From an uncultured Verrucomicrobiae bacterium (GTDB lineage: Bacteria; Verrucomicrobiota; Verrucomicrobiia; Chthoniobacterales; Chthoniobacteraceae), in the NCBI GenBank assembly GCA_963769025.1, contig CAVYKI010000009.1, positions 1,248,001-1,312,000 on the forward strand: a stretch of DNA of 64,000 nucleotides. The letters are read 5' to 3'. Within the stretch, counting starts at the first letter, position 1. Each line of letters opens with the position of its first letter. Below, piece after piece: positions 54,120 to 64,000 of the stretch. The notes below the pieces were generated by a model. It made no database searches and was not told the origin of the DNA. It saw only the letters and a list, made by a program, of their open reading frames with translations. Both the position numbers and the translations under genes were made by a program.

Positions 54120-56915
54120 CTACTTCAGCGTCTTGATGAAAAGGATGAGCGATTCGATCTGCGAGTCGGTGAGGGCGCCGGCGTAGCTGGGCATGGCGTA
54201 TTCGCCGCGCTCGTAGCCGGCGACGATTTTGGCGGAGGGATCGAGGATGGATTCGCGGAGGTAGGCGGCGTCCACGACGGCGTGGCCTTTCTTTTTCCCT
54301 GCGGTGAAGTAGTCGCGTTCGCTGCCGAACAGCCCCTTCCATGTGGGGCCGACGTGCGCCATGTCCTTCCCCTCCAGCGAATGGCACGCGGCGCAGCCGA
54401 ACATCGTCGCGAGTCGGCGGCCTTCCTCGGGCGTCGCGGGCGCGGCGTTCTGCACCGTCGGGGCGCGGGGCGTGAGGTCCACGGTGATGTCGCCAAAGCC
54501 TTCGGACTGCGGGTCGAATTTCGCGAGTTCGTAAGGCGTGGTGTAGGCGTTGCCTTCGAAGCCCTGCAGGGCAGCCTCGCCGGAGCCGCCCGCATTTTCC
54601 CCGGTGTGAAGCTTGGGCGCTCTCGGCGAGAGCGCCCCACCTAGCGACCAGCCGATGCGGAGCTGCTGCACGGGCTTCATGCCGGACACGCCGACGAAGA
54701 CACTCTTCCCGTCTTTCGAAAGATACGCGCTGCTCGCGGAGGGGAAGTCCTGGCCGGTGGTGCCGTCGGCTTTGTAGATGGCGGAGCCGTATTTGAACGT
54801 GCGCTTGTAGTGAAAGGTGGCGAGGGAGTAGCTCGCCGGGTCCGTCGCCTTCTTCGCGTCGAGCGGCACGTCGAAGCGGAGCAGCACGCCCTTGTCCATC
54901 GGCACGATTTCGCGCGGCAGGGTGGAAGGCGCTCCGGTGTAGCGCATGCGTGCGAGGCCGGCGATGCGCGTGGCGGTGGTGCCCCAGCCGACGATTTGGA
55001 AACCGGCGACGTAGAGCTGGCCGTCGGCGGGATTCACGGAGCCGTTGAGCGGCGGAAAGGCGAAGTCGCTCGTGACGCTGACGACGCCAGCCTGCGGTTT
55101 GGGCGTACGGTCATTCAGCAGCACTCGGAAAATCTCGGGACGATTGAAGCCGATGTGGACGAGCGAGTCGTTGAGCGGGCCCATCTTCGCATCGAAGAGC
55201 CACACCTGCGAAATGGCGGAAGCGTTCACCGCGTGCGGAATCCACACGAGCGGGTCGGCGATCGGCGCGGGATATTTCTCCTTCGGCTGCAGGTCGCTGA
55301 GGAAGCCGTAGAACTGGCCGTCGCGCACGATGTGCAGCGGCGTGCTCGGGATGTACTGGCCCTCCTGGTCGGAGGCGGTGACGAGGCCGGTGCGGATGTT
55401 CACGCCGATGTTCGGCTGGCGGAAACCGTAGCCGAGCACGGTGGCCCGGCGTGCCGTCGGCGGAGATGCGGAGCACGCTGCCGTTGTGCTTGCCGAGCGT
55501 GGTCGCCTGCTGGCCGCCCTTCGCGATGACGAACTCGCCGCCGGGTGCGAGTTTCACGCCGCTGGGGAATTCGCGCATGTCGGCCGTCTGCGCGAAGGCG
55601 TTCGAGAACAGCTCGTGCACATCGGCCTCGCCGGTGCCGCGCGTGTCGCGCAGGCGCCAGATGCCGTTGCGGTCGAAGACAAAAATTTCGCTCGTCGCGA
55701 ATCGCGAGCGACATCGGCTCGTGGAGACCGGAGGCGAAGCGATTCCAGCGCACGGTGCCGCCTGTCTCGTTCAGATCCGCGGATGAACCACACATCGCCA
55801 TCCACCGTCACGCCGACGCCGGTGCCGTCCTTGAGAAACTGGATGTCGCCGATGCGCACGTCGCGCTTCCACGGGTTGTCGAGCGGGAGCGCGATGTCGT
55901 CCACGACGTAGGCGTTGTCGGTGGAGGAGGACAATTTCACCTTGCTCGTGGCTTCCTGCGGCCAGCGCCGGGCCGGCGCGTCACGGGGAATCTCCCTCGG
56001 AGCGACGACGGGCGCCTTCCCGGAATCCGCGAGCGTGATGCAGAAACGCGCGGGCTCGCGGTGCTCCGGCACGCGGACGATCCACATCGCAGGGTCTTCC
56101 ACAATTTCCGCCGTGTGCTGGGCGTGCGGCGTGCAGAGCGTGACGGATGCGACCACTTCCTCGACCGCGGCGTTGTTCTTCGCACCGACGATGAGCAGCA
56201 GCGGCTTTGCGCTCGCGCCGACCTCGATGTGACGCTCGATGATTGTCTGGTCGTCGCGCTCCGAGACGGTCGTCCATTCGCGCACCTCCGCGCCGCCCGC
56301 GGTGTATTCCAGAACCACGCCGTCCTGCACGAGGCGCACGGCCTTGAATTTCCCCATCGCATCGGGAAGCGGTCCGCGGCCGACCTCCGCCGGGCTCGGC
56401 GCGGGCTCACGCGGGTCTTCGAGCACCGCGCGCTCTCCGGTCTGCCAACCGGGGTAGATGCCGTTTGAGAGCCACAATTTCCCGTCCGGCTGCGGCGCTG
56501 GAAATTGTCCGCCGGGCGTCTTGCGGCTGGAGTCGTGGTACGATCCCGGTGCGAGCGCCTTTGCCGTCACGCCCGGTCCGCGCCAAACGGCGGCGACGCG
56601 AAGCAGATCGGTATCAAAGCACACCCAGCAGTCGTGCCCGAGATTCAGAACGATGCCGCGCGGCGTGAGATTGTTCGCGCCGACTCCCGCGTGGCGCGCA
56701 TCGAGCACGGACGAGTAAAACGGGAAGTCCGGCTCGACCCACGCGACCCACGGAGACGGCGCTGCGGGCTTCTTTTCCTTCGGAGCAGCGGGCGCAAACG
56801 AAGCAGCGACGAAGAGGATCGCGAACGGGAGAATGTCGCAGGCGAGCACGCCCGCGAACAGTTTGCGACGGAGAAGGCACGCACGGCGTGAGAGCAAGGG
56901 GAACGCGAAGTTCAT
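54120..56915 (-). CDS. DUF6797-like plus beta-propeller plus C-terminal cytochrome c protein (frameshifts near 55440-55780)
   Basis: PRGIVL.LG, FDTDLLR; GDVW / FASGLHEP propeller segments; CAACH haem motif, YLRESIL.P, MP. Confidence 0.8.
54565..54642. repeat. REP-like palindromic doublet inside a coding region
   Basis: Perfect hairpin GGGCGCTCTC-GGC-GAGAGCGCCC (54615-54637) with a degenerate inverted partner at 54565-54591. Confidence 0.65.
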
Positions 56916-57052
56916 GCTCACATTGATGCCCCTTGCGCTTCCATTGCTCAAGATCGGCGATGCTGTGCTGCCTGCAGCAACACGAGCGCAACAGGCCTCG
57001 CCCTTCGAAGGTCGCCTACGAAATAACGCGGCCTATGAAAATGCTGCCAGCC

Positions 57053-57349
57053 CTACGGACCGGGAGGACGGCCACCGGGACGCGGCTTGCCTGGTGCCGG
57101 CTTGCCGGGGGCGGGCCTCCCGGGCGCCGCACCCGGTCCACGCACGATCGGCCCCGGCCTGCGAACAACGGGAACCTGCGGCGGCCTCCCGGGGATTCCC
57201 GGGCCGGGTCGATAGAGAGGTCGGACGGAAACAACCGGCCCGGGATGGCCACGATACGCCGGCCTTCCACCGGGATGCGGCGAAGGGGGAGGCAGACAGC
57301 CGGTGAGAGCGGTGCAGATGACGAGGCAGACAGGGACGAGCGGTTTCAT
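57053..57349 (-). CDS. Pro/Gly/Arg-rich small lipoprotein
   Basis: Lipobox LTGC after a hydrophobic leader; PG(K/R)P repeats. Confidence 0.55.
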   Translation of the reverse strand: MKPLVPVCLVICTALTGCLPPPSPHPGGRPAYRGHPGPVVSVRPLYRPGPGIPGRPPQVPVVRRPGPIVRGPGAAPGRPAPGKPAPGKPRPGGRPPGP

Positions 57350-57411
57350 GGGGTGTGGGATGCGCTATTAGCCCGCAGCGCGGGCGATTGCATTCAAAAA
57401 ACAATCCGCGC

Positions 57412-58373
57412 TCACTTCATCCGGTCGAAGTTCTTCTGCAAAATCTGCCAGTCGGCGAGACCCCCGACCTTCGCGCGGCTGTCGGCGATGAGCTTTGCTT
57501 CGTTCGCGTTCTTCGTCGGGCGGTTCACCTTGTAGAAAAGTGCCGAACAATCCCGGCCACGGGGCGTCGCACAGCTTGTAGGCGGCGTATTCGTCGGTCA
57601 CGTCGTGCTCGGCGGGAATCTCGGGGAAGGTGCCGCCTTTGCGCGGGATCGCGGCGTCGAACGCGCCGGGGAAAAACTCGATGCACTCGCTGAGGCACTC
57701 GATGAACGAGAAGCCGTCGTGATCCATCGCCGCCTCCATGAGTCTTGAGCAGATGCGGGATATTGGTCGCCGTGCTGCGCGCGACGAAAGTGGCGCCGGC
57801 GCGATGGCCTGCTTCATCGGATTGATCGGGCGGTCGGTGCGTGCCGCCGATATCCGTCTTCGATTTGAAGCCGAGCGGCGATGTCGGCGAGGTCTGCTTT
57901 TTGGTGAGGCCATAGACGAAGTTGTCCATGACCACGTAGGTCATCTTCACGTTCTTGCGCGCGGTGTGCGTGAAGTGATTTCCGCCGATCGAAAATGCGT
58001 CGCCGTCGCCGCCGAAGACGAACACATGCAGGTCGGGACGCGAGAGCGAGACGCCGCTGGCAAACGCCAGCGCGCGCCCGTGGATGAAGTGCGCGCCGTG
58101 CGCCTGCACGAAATACGGGAAGCGCGACGAGCAGCCGATGCCCGCGACGGTGCAGATTTTCTCGTGCCAGATTTTCCGCTTCTCGATGAGCTTGTAGTAG
58201 AGCGCGAGGACGCTGAAGTCGCCGCAGCCGGGGCACCACGTCGGGTGGTCGGCGGCGGTCTCCTTTTTCGTGAGCGGCTTGCGGTCGGCGTCGGCGAGAG
58301 GCGCGGGCGCGGGCAGCGTGGCGGCGACGCCGGTGCGGGGGAGGGTTTCGTTGGGAATGGCGATGGTGCTCAT
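57412..58373 (-). CDS. 2-oxoacid:ferredoxin oxidoreductase beta subunit (frameshifts)
   Basis: PTWCPGCGDF, GIGCSSR, HGRAL, GGDGD..SIGGNH, DN.VYGLTK.QTSPT. Confidence 0.93.
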
Positions 58374-58391
58374 ATCGGGAAAAGTGCGGGG

Positions 58392-60201
58392 TTACTTCGT
58401 GAGGGTGAGGGCGCGCGTGAGGATTTCCTTCACCTTCCACGGGAGGCCGTCGGTCTTGGTGACGCTCTGGATGCGCGGGTCGCAATAGCGCGCGCGGAGG
58501 ATCGAGGCGAGCTGGCCGTGGCCGTAGAGGCCCTCGTCGTTGAGTCTCGCACGACGACGACGTGCGTGAAACCGCTGAAGATTTTTTCGAGCCCGTTCGG
58601 GCAGCGGGTTGAGGTACTTGATGTGCAGGCCGGAAACGGCCTCGCCCTGCAGGCGGCCGTGCTTCACGGCTTCCTCGATCGGGCCTTTGCTCGAGCCCCA
58701 GCCGACGAGCAGCACGTGGCCCTCGGAGGCGCCGTAGATGTTCGGGACGGGCAGATCTCCGCGGCGAGCTTGCGGAGCTTGTTGCGGCGCTTCGCGTTCA
58801 TCTGCGTGTGCAGCTTGCCGGAGCCGGTCGGGTGGCCGAGTTCGTCGTGTTCGAGGCCGGTGACGACAGGATATTTGCCGCTCGCGACGCGCGTGCCCGG
58901 CGCGACGTGGCGCGTGATGCCGTCGGGCGCGGAGAGGTCGTAGGGCTTGTGATCGGCGACGGGCGTGAAGTCCGGCGAGATGTCCTGGCAGACGTTCTGA
59001 AGATCGGGACAGGGGAACGCCTCGATGCGCGTGGCGATGCCCTGGTCGCTGAGGATGAGCACGGGCGTGCTGAATATTTGCGCGCGATGTTCACCGCCTC
59101 GATCGCCGTGTAGAAGCAGTCCTCCACGCTCGACGGCGCGAGCACCACGCGCGGGCTGTCGCCGTGGCCGCCGAAGCACGCGATGTTCAGGTCGCTCTGC
59201 TCGACGATTCGTCGGCATGCCGGTGCTGGGTCCGCCGCGCTGCACGTCGATGACCACGACCGGCATCTCCGCCATCGAGGCCCAGCCGAGCGCCTCGGTC
59301 TTCAGCGAAATGCCCGGCCCGCTCGAGCCGGTCACCGCGACGCGCCCGCCGTAGCTCGCCGCCGAGCGCCATCGAGATCGCCGCGATTTCATCCTCGGTC
59401 TGGACGAAAGTGCCGCCGTATTTCGGCAGCTCGCGCCGCAGCAGTTCCATGATGTCGCTCCACGGCGTGATCGGATAGCCCGCGCCGAAGCGCACGCCCG
59501 CGGCGATGATCCCGTAGGCCAGCGCCTCGTTGCCGCTCATCACCACCTGCGGCGCGCCCGGTGTGCTCGCGTGCTCAAATTGGAAGGACTCGCATCAGCC
59601 CCTGGATCTGATGCCCGTAGCCTGCGTTGAAACACGCGAGCGCATTTTTCACGATCGACGGATCCTTTCCGCCGAAGCGCTCCTCGATCAGCTTCGTGAG
59701 CTTCGGCACATTCAGGTCGAACATCCGCGCGATCAGCCCGAGCGCGTAAATGTTCTTCCCCTTGTCGCGCCCCGTCCCGCCGATCGCCTCGACCGTGAGC
59801 GACGAAATCGGCACGCCGACATGATGATACGTGCCGAGCAGTTCCTCGTTCGGCTTCACGTGGTCGCAGTCGTAGAGCACGATGCCGCCGCGCTTCAGCG
59901 AGCTGATGTGGTTTGCGTAGCTGTGATCGTAAAAGCACAGCAGCACGTCCGCCTCGTCGCCCGCGCTGAGCACTTCGCCGGAGCCGATGCGCACCTGGAA
60001 AATGGACGGCCCGCCCGAGATGGTGGACGGGATGGTCATGAACGTCATCACCTCCTGCTCGCTGCGCCCCGCGAGCCGCGCGAGGAAGCCGCCGATGGCC
60101 TGGATGCCGTCCTGAGAATTGCCCGCGATGCGGATGACGCTTTCAGCAATCTTGGAAACTTGGGAACCGCTCGGAGTGGCGGCGGCAGTGGTGTCGCTCA
60201 T
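58392..60201 (-). CDS. 2-oxoacid:ferredoxin oxidoreductase alpha subunit with N-terminal gamma domain (frameshifts)
   Basis: [50 protein letters not shown]. Confidence 0.93.
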
Positions 60202-60331
60202 TGGATGTAGGAAGTGGAAAAGGGGCGTGAAAGTAGCAACCGCCGATTGCTGGTCAAGACCGGCAGTACCGTGAAAGGGGATACAAAGACAACCGCCCCG
60301 CCACTGCCGGGCTTTGAGCATTCCCCCGGGA

Positions 60332-61798
60332 TTACGTGAGGACGTCGTTCACCACCTCGCCATGCACATCCGTGAGGCGGAAGTCGCGGCCTGCATAGCG
60401 GTAGGTGAATTTCTCGTGGTCGAAGCCGAGCAGCTTGAGAATCGTCGCATGCAGGTCGTGGACATGGACCGGCTTTTCCACGGCCTTGAAACCGAACTCA
60501 TCGGTCGCGCCGTGGATGTGGCCGCCCTTCACGCCGCCGCCAGCCATCCAAAGCGTGAAGCCGTGGTGGTTGTGATCGCGGCCGTTTTTCACTCCGGCAT
60601 TGTTTGAGCCGGGCGTGGAAATCTCGACGGTGGGCGTGCGGCCGAATTCACCGGAGCAGATGACGAGCGTGTCCTTGAGCATGTCGCGCTGCTTGAGGTC
60701 GGCGAGCAGCGCCGCGATGCCCTGGTCGCATTCGCCTGCGAGCTTGCGGTGATTCTTCTCGATCTCGTCGTGGCTGTCCCACGGCTGCCCGTCGCCGTGC
60801 CAGACTTGGACGAAACGCACGCCTTTCTCCAGCAGCCGTCGCGCGATGAGGAACTGCTCGGCTTGCTTGCCCGTGCCGTACATCTCGCGAATGGCCGAGG
60901 GCTCGCGCGTGACGTCAAATGCATCGCTCGCGTCCATCTGCATGCGGTAGGCGAGTTCGAACGACTGGATGCGCGCCTCGAGTTGCGCGTCCTTCGCGCG
61001 CTTGGCGAGGTGCTCGGAGTTCAGGCGCTGGAGCAGGTCCAGTTGCGCCCGTTGCTCGGGCAAGGTCACGCGCTTGTTGTGAATGTTTTCGATCAGTTCC
61101 TCGATGGTCTGCTTGCGCGTGTCCACGTAGGTACCCTGGAAAATGCCGGGCAGGAATCCGCTCTGCCAGTTCTGCGATTCCTGGATCGGGTAGCCGGGAC
61201 ACAGCGAGACGAAGCCGGGGAGATTCTGGTTTTCCGTGCCGAGGCCGTAGGTGATCCACGAGCCCATGCTCGGGCGAGGCAGGCGCGAATCGCCGCAGTT
61301 CATCAGCAGCAGCGACGGCTCGTGGTTAGGCACGTCCGCGCGCATCGAGCGGATGAAGCACATGTCGTCCACGTGCGCGGCGGTCTTGGCAAAAAGCTCG
61401 CTGACCTCGATTCCGGCCTTGCCGTATTTCTGGAAGGAGAACGGCGACTTGAATGCCGTCGTCGTCTTGCGCTCGGTCTGCAGCTTCGTCGGGATTTCCT
61501 TGCCGTGCCACTTGTCGAGCTCGGGCTTCGGATCGAACGTGTCCACCTGCGACGCGCCGCCATTCAGGAAAATGTGGATGACGCGCTTCGCCTTCGGCGC
61601 AAAGTGCCACGGCTTGCGCGCGGCGAGCGGGTTCGTGCTGGAAATCTGTTCCGCCGCGGATGCCCCGGCGGGACCGAAGATGCCGCTTTCACCAAAAAGA
61701 CCGCCGAGCGCGAGCATGCCCATGCCCATCCCTGTCCTTCGCACGAAGTCGCGACGGGTGAGGAAAAGGTGATCGGTCGGTGTGGTGTGATGGCTCAT
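60332..61798 (-). CDS. DUF1501 domain protein
   Basis: TRRDF Tat-like; AKRVIHIFLNGGASQVDTFDPKP, WDSH, GEFGRTP, GRDHNH, HVHDLHAT, FRLTDV.G. Confidence 0.93.
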   Translation of the reverse strand: MSHHTTPTDHLFLTRRDFVRRTGMGMGMLALGGLFGESGIFGPAGASAAEQISSTNPLAARKPWHFAPKAKRVIHIFLNGGASQVDTFDPKPELDKWHGKEIPTKLQTERKTTTAFKSPFSFQKYGKAGIEVSELFAKTAAHVDDMCFIRSMRADVPNHEPSLLLMNCGDSRLPRPSMGSWITYGLGTENQNLPGFVSLCPGYPIQESQNWQSGFLPGIFQGTYVDTRKQTIEELIENIHNKRVTLPEQRAQLDLLQRLNSEHLAKRAKDAQLEARIQSFELAYRMQMDASDAFDVTREPSAIREMYGTGKQAEQFLIARRLLEKGVRFVQVWHGDGQPWDSHDEIEKNHRKLAGECDQGIAALLADLKQRDMLKDTLVICSGEFGRTPTVEISTPGSNNAGVKNGRDHNHHGFTLWMAGGGVKGGHIHGATDEFGFKAVEKPVHVHDLHATILKLLGFDHEKFTYRYAGRDFRLTDVHGEVVNDVLT

Positions 61799-62006
61799 CG
61801 GTTTCGCAGCAACAATCCAGCCCCCAGCCGGGCCTTAGATGCCGCAAGGAAGCTAGGACGCCAATGCCGGGAAAGCAACGGAATCAGCACCGAACAGCGC
61901 GTACACGAAGTCTCGCGCCCACGGATGGAATGCAGCGCGGAAGCTGGCCCGCGCAAGTTCAGGCGAGTGCTCCGCCCGATGCTGATGGGATGCCGGTCGG
62001 ACCGGA

Positions 62007-62444
62007 CTAGTAGCGGTCTCGGCCACCGCCGCCACCGCCGCCACCGCCGCCACCACCACCGCCGCCGTAGCCGCCACCGCCGCCACCGCCGCCACGATAG
62101 GGACGGCGTCCGCCGCCACCACCACCGCCGCCGCGATCTCCGTAACCGCCGCCACCTCCGCGAGGAGGGCCGTCAAAGGAACGGGGAGGACGATCTTCCT
62201 TGGGCCGGGCGATGTTCACCTGCAGCTTGCGTCCGTCCACTTCCTGGCCGTTGAGGACTTCGATCACTTTGTTGGCTTCCTCTTCAGAGGACATCGTGAC
62301 GAATGCGAAGCCGCGCGAACGACCGGTCGCCCGGTCAAGCATGAGGCTGCATTCCGTGACGGTGCCGCAAGCGGCGCATGCTGATTCAATGGCTCCCTCG
62401 GTGGTGGTCCAGGCGAGGTTGCCGACAAACAATTTGTTGTTCAT
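62007..62444 (-). CDS. RRM RNA-binding protein with Gly-rich tail
   Basis: RNP2 KLFVGNL, RNP1 RGFAFVTM, VNIARP, Gly/Arg/Tyr tail. Confidence 0.95.
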   Translation of the reverse strand: MNNKLFVGNLAWTTTEGAIESACAACGTVTECSLMLDRATGRSRGFAFVTMSSEEEANKVIEVLNGQEVDGRKLQVNIARPKEDRPPRSFDGPPRGGGGGYGDRGGGGGGGGRRPYRGGGGGGGGYGGGGGGGGGGGGGGGRDRY

Positions 62445-62721
62445 GGATTACTGTTAACTGTGTTCTTGCCGCAGACCGACATGGCGACTCGGGGAGGCGC
62501 GCTGATTGACCGCTGGCATGACGCCAGAACCGCACAGTTGCGCTGTTCCGGCGGGGACCAATGGACTACCCGGCTGTCTAACGACGCGGCGGACAGTGGG
62601 CGAAGGCCCGGGGGCTGGCAAGCACGAATCAGCAGTGTTGGAGGCCTGGGATTTCGCGGACCGAACGCCGCACCTAAAATTTTGCGGCACTCTGCTTCCA
62701 ACCCGGCTATGGATCTGCCCC

Positions 62722-63951
62722 ATGCTCGCCCGCCGTTCATTTCTCCGAACCCTCGCCGCCGCTGCGATCGTCCCGTCGCTCAGAAGCCAGGAAGTTGAGA
62801 AGCTCCCGCCGGTCCGCGCCATCACACGCGGGCCGAAATTCCACTGGTTCGCCTACTACGATAAATTCCAGTTTGACCCGACGGATCGCTTCGTCCTCGC
62901 GAATGAGGTGGATTTCGAAGGCCGCTCGCCAACACCGGATGACGTGATTCGCACCGGCATGGTGGATCTGCAGGACGGTGACAAATGGATCGAACTCGGC
63001 GAGTCGCGCGCATGGAATTGGCAGCAGGGCTGCATGCTCCAATGGGTGCCGGGCACGGCCTCGACCGTGATGTGGAATGACCGCGAGGGCGATCAGTTCG
63101 TCTGCCGCATCATGGACGTGAAGACCGGCAAACGCCGCACGATTCCGCATCCGATCTATGCGCTGAGCCCGGATGGAACCTCGGGCATTTCGCCGGACTT
63201 CCGCCGGCTGAACGACACGCGCCCCGGCTACGGATACTGCGGTGTGCCGGACCCGAATCGCGACGTGCTCGCGCCGGAGGACGCGGGCATCTGGAAGACG
63301 GACATGGCGACGGGAAAGCAGACGCTGCTGCTTTCATTCGCGGAGGTCGCGAAGGTCGCGCAGCCGGGCGGATTTTCGAACGGCTCGAAGCACTGGTTCA
63401 ATCACCTGCTCGTCGCGCCGGATGGAAAGCGCTTCACTTTCCTCCATCGATGGAAAGGCGAGGCCGAGGGGAAAAGCTGGAAGACGCGGCAGTTCACCGT
63501 GGGCGCGGACGGCAAGGACCTCCATCTGCTGAACCCGAGCGGCAAAGTCTCGCACTTTATCTGGCGCGACGCGACGCACATCCTCGCCTACGCCGGGTGG
63601 GACGAGCAGATCTGGCGCTTCCAGGTTTTCGAGGACAGGACCAACAAGGCCGAGGCGATCGACGGCATGCTGCCCGTGGACGGACACTGCACCTACCTGC
63701 CGGGCAACGAGTGGATCCTGAACGACACGTATCCCGACAAGGAACGCAACCAGAAGCCGTATCTTTTCCATCTGCCGACCGGACGGCTGCACCTGCTCGG
63801 GAAGTTTCAGTCGCCAAAGGAATACACGGGCGAGTGGCGATGCGATACGCATCCACGCAGTTCGCGAAATGGAAAATTCGCGTGTATCGACAGCCCGCAT
63901 GCCGGAGGGCGCCAGTTGCATCTCATCGACCTGCGCCCGATCACCGGCTGA
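62722..63951 (+). CDS. Tat-exported beta-propeller protein (TolB / oligogalacturonate lyase-like)
   Basis: ARRSFL; HWFAYYD, AWNWQQG..LQW, WFNH, SHF.W, DGHC.Y, RCDTHPR. Confidence 0.7.
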   Translation: MLARRSFLRTLAAAAIVPSLRSQEVEKLPPVRAITRGPKFHWFAYYDKFQFDPTDRFVLANEVDFEGRSPTPDDVIRTGMVDLQDGDKWIELGESRAWNWQQGCMLQWVPGTASTVMWNDREGDQFVCRIMDVKTGKRRTIPHPIYALSPDGTSGISPDFRRLNDTRPGYGYCGVPDPNRDVLAPEDAGIWKTDMATGKQTLLLSFAEVAKVAQPGGFSNGSKHWFNHLLVAPDGKRFTFLHRWKGEAEGKSWKTRQFTVGADGKDLHLLNPSGKVSHFIWRDATHILAYAGWDEQIWRFQVFEDRTNKAEAIDGMLPVDGHCTYLPGNEWILNDTYPDKERNQKPYLFHLPTGRLHLLGKFQSPKEYTGEWRCDTHPRSSRNGKFACIDSPHAGGRQLHLIDLRPITG

Positions 63952-64000
63952 GGGGACGGATCATCACTTTTCCGCAGTGCGACGGCCGAAGCAGCCGGGC

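Noticed and set aside
62020..62160. (CCG/CCA)n trinucleotide repeat element
   Set aside because: Fully explained by the poly-Gly tail of the RRM protein.

Overview
GC-rich bacterial chromosomal window, most likely Verrucomicrobiota (Chthoniobacter-like). This is inferred from the DUF1501/DUF1549-DUF1553, DUF6797-cytochrome c, ThuA-like, PQQ-propeller and TIGR04073-like families and from C/A-rich leaders lacking Shine-Dalgarno motifs. Most of the window is core and accessory metabolism: lactate and acetate transporters, dGTPase, two signalling kinases, a Moco biosynthesis cluster (moaA, mogA, moaC, moeA, moaD, moaE), an aldehyde dehydrogenase, rlmD-like, uppP, glnB, a PP2C-grpE-dnaJ-rsmE-prmC-murA run, GH57, cyanophycinase, rlmN, 2-oxoacid:ferredoxin oxidoreductase and an RRM protein. 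Many genes carry single-base indels, densest at about 15.8-28.4 kb and 57.4-59.6 kb. These look like uncorrected long-read errors, so coordinates are for reconstructed genes. I found no rRNA, tRNA, CRISPR array, integrase or transposase. The most unusual signals are repeat-based: (1) a non-coding array of about 12 units in 21-bp phase (8 direct, then 4 inverted; core CCGGGGTGYYCAY) at 29.35-29.6 kb; (2) an FN3-like gene plus a phage-fibre/collagen-like gene, separated by a heptamer-built inverted repeat and followed by a REP-type doublet, at 1-1.2 kb; (3) REP-like palindromic doublets that appear inserted in frame inside two protein genes (54.57-54.64 kb and 2.23-2.28 kb); (4) a tiny secreted peptide with a duplicated VRNTKT(N) motif. 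All family assignments come from motif recognition, not from database searches.
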